Made by a program: the position numbers and the translations under genes. From assembly GCF_006345805.1 (NCBI RefSeq), contig NW_021826781.1, positions 1-11,999 on the forward strand: 11,999 bases of DNA. Reading direction: 5' to 3'. Of the stretch, positions 1 to 8,563 are shown piece by piece. Source of the stretch: Octopus sinensis. Its lineage: Eukaryota. Position 1 is the stretch's first letter; the number at the start of each line of letters is the position of its first letter. The notes under the pieces were generated by a model. That model worked only from the letters and a program-made list of their open reading frames with translations. It was not told where the DNA came from and searched no databases.

Positions 1-544
1 TATATATATGTGTGTGTGTGTGTATATGAAAATATATTTGCAAATACATTTTTTATACGAATTAAATTCAAACAAAAAAAATTTGATACAAAAAATCCGT
101 TATTCATAATCATGTTCATAATTATAAAAACTTATAAAATACGCTTAGTAAATGTCTTAACTTTAACAAATTTCTAACTTTAAAAAACAAGATAAGAGAT
201 TTGTTAAAAAAATTAGTAGATCCTGAATGTTTAATTTTTGGAACATAGACATCTTGTTTAAGATCGTTGTTTAAAATTGTTTTATAAAAAGGAAAACGAA
301 AATATATTGAAATACTTTGATTTGTATGGGGTTGGCTCAGGTAATCCATGTTCAAACAAATGTGTGCAGAATAGAATTTAATATATATATATATATATAT
401 CTAAAAACATGAACTGTAATATATTAATATAATGCTCGCTTCTTATTTCTTATTGAATTTATATAGGTTTCATAACGGGGAAGAAATTGTATAACATTGC
501 GCAGAGGGTAAGTAACTTATATGTATTATTATAAGCACATTTAT

Positions 545-777
545 GACATCAAAATGGCAGAAATGTTAGCATACTGGGCGAAATGGTTAGGGATATATCG
601 TTTGCCGCTAAGTTCTGAGTTCAAATTCAGCCGAGATCGCTTTTGCCATTCATGTTTTCGGTGTTGATAAAATAAGTACCAGTTACGCACTGGGGCCGAT
701 ATAATCGACTTAATCCTTTTGTCGGTCCTTGTTTGTCCCCTCTGTGTTTAGCCCCTTGTGGGTAGTAAAGAAATAAG
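545..777 (+). mobile_element. tRNA-derived SINE, family A, unit 1 (ends in a LINE-like tail)
   Basis: A-box-like TGGCAGAAATG (555-565) and B-box-like GAGTTCAAATTC (617-628). The body matches the in-window copies at 3375-3582 and 11226-11486 (tttcat..tttcgg.gt.gat..aataagtaccagttacgcactgggg). Confidence 0.85.
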
Positions 778-940
778 TATTTCGTCCGCCGTTACGTTCT
801 GAGTTGAAATTCCTCCAAGGTCGCTTTTGCTTTCATGTTTTCGGTGTCGATAAAATAAATACCAGTGGAGCCCTTGGGTCAATGTAATCGATTAATTCCC
901 TCCGCTTAAACTGCTATCCTTGTGTCAAATTTTCAAACTA
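778..940 (+). mobile_element. SINE family A, 5'-truncated second unit fused directly to unit 1, different 3' tail
   Basis: Restarts at gtatttcgtccgccgttacgttctgagttgaaattcc, repeating 596-710. Ends in ...ctgctatccttgtgtcaaattttcaaacta. Confidence 0.8.
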
Positions 941-958
941 TTATTATAAAGAGATCTA

Positions 959-1182
959 AAGCCGCAGATGACCGAATCGTTTGCACGCCGGATAAATGCC
1001 TTGGGACATTTCGTCCGTTTTTACGTTTTGACCTCAAATTCCGCCAAGGTTGAGTTTGATTTTTTTATCCTTTCAAGGTCGATATAATACAAACTAGTTA
1101 AGTACTGGGGTCGATGTAATTGATTAGTTTCTCCTCCTCAAATTCTGCTGGCCCTGAGTCAAAATTTGAACCGAATGTTATT
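959..1182 (+). mobile_element. SINE family A, older diverged third unit
   Basis: gaatcgtttgcacgccgg...atttcgtccg...tcaaattccgccaagg...agtactggggtcgatgtaattgatt aligns with the other copies. Tail ctgctggccctgagtcaaaatttgaac resembles that of 778-940. Confidence 0.75.
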
Positions 1183-2539
1183 AACAAATTTGCATTCTTA
1201 GAAAGTTCAGCCCTATGAACATCTAGTTCTCCGCTCACTGCTCCTGAAAGTGGTAGTATAGCGTCCTCAGGTACCTTCTACATAGTGTCGTATCAGAAGC
1301 AATCTTCATTTCAGTTTCCGGCTGGATTCCTAAGCCCAACTAAATGAGACGATGACCAAATGAGACGATTATCAAATTATCTTATTCTTGGCCTAACATT
1401 AGGATTGCTGTCGGTTGGTATTTGGTAACTCAAAAACATACAAACATACATATACACATACGTGCCACTATTTGAGCGAATAAAAATAAGGAAAAAGAGG
1501 ATTTCTTTGTTAAATTTAGTACTAATTTTGGCAATTTTCCGACGATTGACCATGCAAATAAAAGTTCTAAACACGGGCTACATGCAGCTGCAAATTTCTT
1601 TCAGAAAAAGCGAAAACTATAAGCAATAAAAAATAAAAGGCAAAAATACGTAAAAATGAAAATTTTTTTTTCCAACTTCAAAAATCTTGCCTTAATTTTC
1701 AAGATTTCGAGCACATTTTCCGCGCTTGACATCGAAGAAAATTTTGCTGCTTGATGTCGCAGTTCAAGCGGCAACAAGAGATTCTACGTTTACCTTGTTA
1801 TGTAAATATATTCAGTGTTGATTCTGTAACTGTCATATTAATGGTTAATTAATCATAACACTCCACTGATCACCGTAATAAATAATTAGAGTTTAATATA
1901 CCATGAACAATGTTTAGTTATATATTTTTTTCCAATCCTACATTTTTTCCTGGCCTATCAATGCACATCAAAATTATCTTTTTGTCCACGCTCTCTAAAA
2001 AATTTTTGGTCATTATATCCGCCATTTTCCTAAAGATTCACGTTTCTTTTCTCTATCATCAATTTTTTTTTATCTCTCCTTATCTGTTTTTGCTTCCATA
2101 CCACTAATATTTTTCGTACACTTCTTTACTTTTCGCCATTCTCACCAATATCTTTCCATTTTTATCTTTCTTTATAACTTTCTATTTCCTTTACTCTTTT
2201 GGTTTAAGTATTTTCTTTTTTATACTTAAGACATATATCTGCCTTCAATATATATTTTCCGTATATTTTATATGTTATTCTTATATTCCATATTTGACAT
2301 AATTTTTATATCGTTCTCCCATTTACTTTTTAAACATTTCGATAATAATACCGTAGTTCAGTTTTCGGTATACCAGTTTACTATCACCTTCGATTCTGCA
2401 AAGCAATCTTGTGACACCTGTGGGCATTGTTATGTCTTAAATGTTCTTTATAAATTGTTTTTATTTATTTTGTTTTCAATGTTCAGCAATTGCTAGGAAT
2501 TTCTTTACAGAACGAGACGCAGCTCAGAAAAAGATCAAT

Positions 2540-2774
2540 AAAATTGTGTGTGTACATGTATATACACACACACACACACATATATATATTGTTAGATAGA
2601 TTGAATGATATATATATATATATATGTGTGTGTGTGTTTATGTATGATTACCTATATACATACATATATATATATATCTATATATATATATATATTACAT
2701 ACACTCACAGACACAGATAATATATATATATATATATATATATCTGTGTCTGTGTGTGTATGTAATATATATAT

Positions 2775-2805
<31 letters not shown>

Positions 2806-2876
2806 GATATATATATATAATATCTATATATATATATATTATATATATATTATATATATGTGTGTGTATATATGTA

Positions 2877-2911
<35 letters not shown>

Positions 2912-3015
2912 CACGGAAGGGGAGCTGGAGAGAATGAGACACAGACACACAAACACACAAACATACATATATATACATATCTATCTATATGTATGTATAA
3001 ACGTATGTATGTATA
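2540..3015. repeat. Compound (TA)n/(CA)n/(TG)n microsatellite tract containing a long inverted repeat
   Basis: Read directly; the palindrome is described in findings. Confidence 0.95.
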
Positions 3016-3289
3016 TGCCGGTGATAAAGAAATGACCGAGATATAGAGTAAAAATATTTGATACAAGTTTATGAGTAAAATTATGAGTAAAGATTGCTTA
3101 ATAAAAACGCAACTCATGGATTGTCATAAAAGGGTATCTGGTAAAAATATTTGATGAGAAATGGTAGACAATTTCTAGCGCGACAGAAAGTGTTAATTTA
3201 ATTGCCTGCCCTAAACATATCGGAACAGTAAAATAGTTCACAAGTATATGAAGTAGAACTATTTGTACAGCTAAACCCGTCAACAGTTA

Positions 3290-3345
3290 CCTCCACCACC
3301 ACCATGGCCACTGTCAAATGATTGAATGAAGTAACATAATTAAAG
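3290..3345 (+). mobile_element. Isolated degraded 3' tail of SINE family B (or of its partner LINE)
   Basis: catggccactgtcaaatgattgaatgaagtaa resembles catggccgccgcagtcaaatgacagaatttagtaa at 9335-9367. Confidence 0.45.
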
Positions 3346-3374
3346 ACATAGAATACAGCAATCCTTCGACATTC

Positions 3375-3582
3375 GCTACACAGAGGGAACAAACAAGGAC
3401 AGACAAACGGATTAAGTTGATTACATCGACCCCAGTGCGTAACTGGTACTTATTTAATCGACCTTAAAAGGATGAAAGGCAAAGTCGACCTCGACGGAAT
3501 TTGAACTCAGAACGTAGCGGCAGACGAAATACCGCTAAACATTTCGCCCGGCGTGCTAACGTTTCTGCCAGCTCGGCGCCTT
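3375..3582 (-). mobile_element. tRNA-derived SINE, family A, well preserved, 3'-truncated within its tail
   Basis: Minus strand reads ggcgccgagctggcagaaacgttagcacgccgggcgaaatg...ctgagttcaaattccgtcgaggtcgactttgcctttcatcc...ccttgtttgttccctctgtgtagc. A- and B-box-like motifs are intact. Confidence 0.9.
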
Positions 3583-3720
3583 TCTTTCAGTTTCTCTCCA
3601 CCAAATCCACACACAAGGCTTTGGTCAGCCCAAAGCTATAGTAGAATGCACTTGCCCAATGTGCTATGCAGTGGGACTGAACCTGGAACAATGTGGTTGG
3701 AAAGCAAGCTTCTTACCACT
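3582..3720 (-). mobile_element. tRNA-derived SINE, family B, 5' half only
   Basis: Minus strand gtggtaagaagcttgctttccaaccacattgttccaggttcagtcccactgcatagcacattgggcaagtg...gaaactgaaagaa matches 8394-8530 and 4205-4336. Confidence 0.8.
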
Positions 3721-3964
3721 ATATGTATATCTATTCTTTAATGTATAAAAAGAAGAGCCGTTGGAAAACCGATTATAGCATCGACTCCATCTAAGAATAT
3801 CTGAAGAAGGAATTTTATTCCGAAATATCATCGAACTATGGATAACTAAATTACAACAGTCATTATAGTCCATTTTTTGTATTATACGCATTGTTGTACC
3901 ATTCAAAACATTTAATTCTTTACAAACAATACACAATGCTTCAAGCGAACTACAATACTCTCCC

Positions 3965-4336
3965 ATTCTTTTAACTTGCTTCAGTCATTTCACTGCAGCA
4001 AAACTGGAGCGATCTCAAAACTTATTTCTTAAAGCGTAGTACTTAATCGATCGGTCATTTCGACCGAAACCCTAAGTTATGGGGACGTAAACACACTAGC
4101 ACCGGTTTTCAAACAGTGATGCAGGGGGCAACCACAGAAACAAAAATACACACACACACACAGATACATACGTGTATATATATTATATAATATATTATAT
4201 ATATATATATACAGGCTTCTTTCAGTTTCCGTCGAGGAATTCCCTCACAAGGTGGCTCAAGGTGCCATGCAGTATGACTGAACCCGAACCATGTGGTAGG
4301 GAAGCTAGCTCCATACCACACAGACACTCCTGCACC
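3965..4336 (-). mobile_element. tRNA-derived SINE, family B, near full length, with internal (TA)/(TG) microsatellite and a short internal deletion
   Basis: Head ggtgcaggagtgtctgtgtggta...ggttcgggttcagtca. Middle gtgtgtttacgtccccataacttagggtttcggtc. Tail gctccag...gcagtgaaatgactgaagcaagttaaaagaat. Collinear with 8394-8560 plus 9211-9389. Confidence 0.85.
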
Positions 4337-4373
4337 TATATGATTGCGTATGTTTAACACACACAGACACAAT

Positions 4374-4414
4374 ATTATATATATATATATATATATAGAT
4401 AGATAGATAGATAT

Positions 4415-4466
<52 letters not shown>

Positions 4467-4495
4467 TAGATACATAGATTGATTGATAGACTATT

Positions 4496-4526
<31 letters not shown>
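4374..4526. repeat. (TA)n followed by (GATA)n microsatellite with GATT variants; left flank of the LINE
   Basis: Read directly: GATA units from ~4398 to 4526, with the variant atagattgattgataga at 4474-4490. Confidence 0.97.
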
Positions 4527-4527
4527 C

Positions 4528-6183
4528 ATATGTTTCTTTATTAGCCCACAGGGCCTGCACACATATGAAACAAATTACAAGGTAGAGCTTTTCTTTTGAA
4601 GGTTTAAAAAAAAAAAAAAAAAAAAAAAAAGGAAAGGGGAGTTTCGATCAAAAGGGATCGTAAAAGAGAGAAGAAGGACAAAAAAAAGGAGGGGGTTAAA
4701 ACAAAAAAAAAAAAAAAAAAAAAAAGGGGGAGGAAAAAAAATTGATCAATAGGGATCGTTATCACAGAAATGTCAATATGAAGTGTAAATGTGGGAGGAC
4801 AGGTGAGGTTTACCCTGGAAAGAAAAAGCCTACGGAAAGACCACGGTAACCTCGGTCAATGAAGTCACATTTATATTTCTTTTTTTTTTTTTTTTTTGGC
4901 AAATAAGCAACTCTCTGTTTCGATTTCTGGTTCATAGACCTATGCTCAAGGTGGCTTCGTCATTCATACGTGCCATTCTTGCTCATTCACCCATCTTTTT
5001 TAAACATTCGCTAGACAAAACTGCCTCTCTACTCTCACTTTCCTTTTCAAGGGTACTTGAAGAAGTTGATGAGAGATTGACCAGAGAGGAAAGTGTTTGT
5101 CTCCCAATCCTTTCAGACGCGTCCCCAGATACATTCTTTCGCCATAGCCACAAGGATGATGAAATAGCTCTTCCTTCCCGTTGAAGGAAGGAGGCGTGAC
5201 AATATTGACGATAGACTCAGCTGATAAACCGACTCGTCCCACACGGGACAGCAGTTGTTCGACATAAGCCCAAAGGTCGGAATTGTTGACACTGAACGAA
5301 GTGCGTGCAGAACGGTTTCGTCCTCTGACCGCATCTCGGGCAGGTCGGCCCCGTGTTTCTCGAGCGTGTCTGTAGAGCCTTATCCCGAACGGGTACGCTT
5401 CTCGGTAGCACTGCCAGGCCAGGAGATCTCTGGAAGTTGTCCATGGGCCCTGGCCCGAAAGTCGTCCCGAACAGGCGGGTCCTGTACTCCTCGTCGACGT
5501 ACCAGGTTCGCCCCGAGCTCGTCGTCGTACCTCCCCTCCACTAAACCCCCTATAGATGCTTTGTTGTGTTGAAGTCACTTAAGGTCGACCCAGGACGGCA
5601 GAGTTTGCTTGAGAGCAACGCGACACTCGCGTGCCATTCGCCCTTCCTCGGCCTCTTTTTGATCCACGACTGCAGTTCGGTCATGGAGACGAGCTGCGGG
5701 AAAGCGTGCTCACAAACGGCGACCACACCTGTTCACCGTAGTTACATAGAGCCAGAGATGTCGCAGTCTCAGCGCGTGTCTGCGCATCATCACCACGGCA
5801 TGCCCAGCCCTCCTTTAACGGGTGTTGAACAGCAATTGGATCGCCTGACCATCGGGACGCATCCTTTCCACAGAAGCGAAAGAGGATGCGTTGTAGTTTG
5901 GTGTTGGTAGGGTCGGGACAAGGTACGACGGTCAGGCGGTAGTAGATGACGGACGCGATGTACGTGTTCGCCACCTCCTCTCGACCTTTTAAGGGACAGT
6001 TTCCTTCGGCCCATTGCCGGGCGAGAGTGACCCCCTACTCGTTATCTCGTTCAGTTCTTCTACACTTGGAGGTCCGGACCAAACCAGAGACCCTAGCAAC
6101 TCAACCGGGGCCGCGCGGTCCAGCGTCCCACGACGGAGGCGCTGGTGGACGGCATGGGCTGCTTCTCCAGGTGCCTAGTCGCA
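4528..6183 (-). mobile_element. 5'-truncated non-LTR retrotransposon, L1/Tx1-like: 3' part of ORF2 plus ~400 nt 3'UTR ending AATAAAGAAACATA
   Basis: Frameshifted ORF2 remnant (next feature), stop at 4932-4934, homopolymer-rich UTR, AATAAA at 4537-4542 (minus). GATA-type sequence on both sides. ORF part is markedly more GC-rich than the flanks. Confidence 0.88.
4932..6180 (-). pseudogene. ORF2 C-terminal region (post-RT region and CCHC zinc-binding domain) of an L1/Tx1-like LINE, broken by many 1-2 nt indels
   Basis: Joining the minus-strand ORF fragments by hand gives ...RKLSLKGREEVANTYIASVIYYRLTVVPCP..KLQRILFRFLWKG..VRR...HPLKGGLGMP...AWQCYREALPVRDKL...TCPRCGQ..ETVLHAL.QC..ISDLWAYVEQ...AKECIW.TRLK. 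The LSLKGR, F.WKG, GGLG, LPV and CxxC..ETxxH...C pattern is typical of L1/Tx1 ORF2 C-termini. Endonuclease and catalytic RT core are absent. Confidence 0.85.
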
Positions 6184-6210
6184 GATATAGAAGATAGATT
6201 GATTGATAGA

Positions 6211-6552
6211 TATGTTTCTTTATTAGCCACACGGGCTGCACACAGATAGAACAATTCAAAGGTAGAGCTTTTCTTTTGAAGGTATTAAAAAAAAAAAAAA
6301 AAAAAAAAGGAAGGGGGAGGTTTCGATCAAAGGGATAGTAAAAGGAGAGAAAGAGGACAAAAATAAGGGTGTTAAAAAAAAAAAAAGGGGGGGGGGGAGA
6401 GGAAAAAAAAATTGATCAATAGGGATCGTTATCACAGAAATGTCAATATGAGTGGTAAAGGGGAGGACAGGTGAGGTTTACCCGTGGAAAAAAAGCCTGC
6501 GGAAAAGACCACGGTAACCTCGGTCAATGAAGTCACTTTATATTTCTTTTGT
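6211..6552 (-). mobile_element. Second copy of the same LINE, 3'UTR only (~340 nt)
   Basis: Collinear with 4529-4883, including long identical blocks (ttgatcaatagggatcgttatcacagaaatgtcaatatga; gaccacggtaacctcggtcaatgaagtcac). AATAAA at 6219-6224 (minus). Confidence 0.92.
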
Positions 6553-6695
6553 TGATAGATAGATAGATTGATTGATAGACAGATTGATAGATACATAGAA
6601 AGATAGATAGATAGATACATGCATGTGTGTGTTTGTGCGTATATATGTGTGCATGTGCGTTTGTGTATGTATATGGGTGTGTATGTGTGTCTCTC
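6553..6695. repeat. (GATA)n variant tract followed by degenerate (TG)n; right flank of the LINE pair
   Basis: Read directly; contains gatagattgattgataga at 6562-6579. Confidence 0.93.
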
Positions 6696-7176
6696 TGCAA
6701 AAAAAAAAAATGCATGCCAGTGAAATCAAATTGCGTTTAATATGGAAGAAATAGCAGAAGTCCCTTGTGCGAAAATTCTATAAAATACAACTCAGTTTAC
6801 TTGGAAATTCCGTTAACGTATCTAATATTTTATCTTTTAATTTACACACCGTTTAAGAATAACGACCTTAATTGTAAAATATTCTTGTTTCTATTCTGTT
6901 AGGGATTTTTCCATCCCTACCTCAACACTTCTCACACATCTCTCTGCCTAAATTAAATATGCATCATGCTACCCTGATTCATATTGATGTACCCGTTCTT
7001 TATTTTCTTTATTTTTCTTTTTGTCGAGTTCAATTCGAATTCACATTTTTTTCTCATTGTTTCTCAATGTTACTTTTCACTCACGGTCTCTTTCTTTTGT
7101 TCCTCCACACCTCTCTCACTCACACACACACACACACTTCTTCATGCTCTGCTCTTTTTACAATTAATCTCATTGT

Positions 7177-7233
7177 ATACATACATACATACATACATAC
7201 GTACATACATACATACAAACATACATACATACA

Positions 7234-7264
<31 letters not shown>

Positions 7265-7313
7265 GTACCTACATATGTACATACATACATACATACATAC
7301 ATACATACATACG

Positions 7314-7344
<31 letters not shown>

Positions 7345-7537
7345 GTACCTACATATGTACATACATACATACATACATACATACATACATACATACATGC
7401 ATGCATGCATACATACATACATACGTACATACATACATACATACATACATACGTACATACATACATACGTACATACATATATACATACATACATACATAC
7501 ATACATACGTACATACATACATACGTACATACATACA

Positions 7538-7568
<31 letters not shown>

Positions 7569-8220
7569 GTACCTACATATGTACATACATACATACATAC
7601 ATACATACATACATGCATGCATGCATACATACATACATACGTACATACATACATACATCATGTACATACAACATACTTACATACATTACATACCATACAT
7701 ACTCATACGTACATACATACATACGTACATACTACATACATACATACATACATACATTTACATACATACATACATACATACATACCATACATATGTACCT
7801 ACATATGTACATATACTACATACATACTACATACATCACATGCATGCTGTATACATACATACATACTACATACATACATACATACAATACATACATACAT
7901 ATGTACCTACATATGTACATACTACATACATACATACATACATACATACATACATACATACGTACTACATACATACAAACATACATACATACATACATAC
8001 ATACCTACATACATCATACATACATACATATGTACCTACATATGTACATACATACATACATCATCAACATACATACATACATACATACATACATACATAC
8101 ATACATACGTACATACATACAACAACTACATACATACATACATACATACATACATACTACATACATCATACATACATACATACATACATACATACATACA
8201 TACATACATACATACATACA

Positions 8221-8251
<31 letters not shown>

Positions 8252-8277
8252 GTACCTACATATGTACATACGTACAT
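7177..8277. repeat. ~1.1 kb (CATA)n tetranucleotide array with recurring variant cassettes
   Basis: Read directly; explains all HTYI/MYVC-repeat ORFs between 6959 and 8359. Confidence 0.98.
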
Positions 8278-8393
8278 TAGGCTTCTCAAAACCAGAAAAG
8301 AGAAAGCTAATTCCAAGACTATAGATCCAGTCCATCACTGGAACTGTAAAAATCTGTAAAACTTATCGGAAATTTAGCACTTACATACATATA

Positions 8394-8563
8394 AAGTAAC
8401 TTGCTTATGAACTATATGTCTCCGGGTTCATTCCCAGTGCGTGGCATTTTGGGCAAGTGTCTTCTACTATAGTCTCGGGCCGACCAAAGCCTTGTGAGTG
8501 GATTTGGTAGACGGAAACTGAAAGAAGCCCGTCGTTTATATGTATACATATATATATATATAT
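8394..8563 (+). mobile_element. SINE family B, 5' half up to its internal (TA)n
   Basis: B-box-like gggttcattccc (8424-8435), then gggcaagtgtcttctactatag...ccttgtgagtggatttggtagacggaaactgaaagaagcccgtcg and (TA)n. Matches the minus-strand copies at 3582-3720 and 4205-4336. Confidence 0.85.

Noticed and set aside
290-375. Minus-strand peptide LFEHGLPEPTPY, faintly reminiscent of Helitron RepHel linker sequence
   Set aside because: Too short, stops on both sides, and no other Rep or helicase motifs nearby.
545-640. tRNA genes at the A/B-box motifs (also ~3490-3582, ~4270-4336, ~11400-11486)
   Set aside because: No convincing cloverleaf, and each continues into a shared SINE body.
1342-1369. 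aaatgagacgat repeated at 16-bp spacing
   Set aside because: Ordinary small tandem duplication with no associated structure.
3231-3264. 9-bp inverted repeat aaatagttc/gaactattt (similarly the 7-bp hairpin at 6900-6919)
   Set aside because: Short AT-rich stems are expected by chance in 12 kb of this composition.
3664-3966. 100 aa minus-strand ORF
   Set aside because: No recognisable domain, and its last part runs into a SINE-B head.
5000-5578. 192 aa minus-strand ORF and neighbours (5113-5334, 5217-5444, 5681-5974, 5790-6014) as separate genes
   Set aside because: Each holds only short in-register pieces of the one frameshifted LINE ORF2.
4942-6197. Plus-strand ORFs over the LINE (4942, 5255, 5353, 5566, 5946)
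   Set aside because: Antisense shadows of GC-rich ORF2 sequence with no recognisable motifs.
7263-8270. CRISPR-like array from the recurring 22-nt cassette
   Set aside because: The spacers are the same microsatellite, lengths are irregular, there are no cas genes, and the context is eukaryotic.
6959-8359. 466, 446 and 291 aa ORFs and many MYVC ORFs on the minus strand
   Set aside because: Translations of the (CATA)n array (HTYI/MYVC repeats), which lacks stops by composition.
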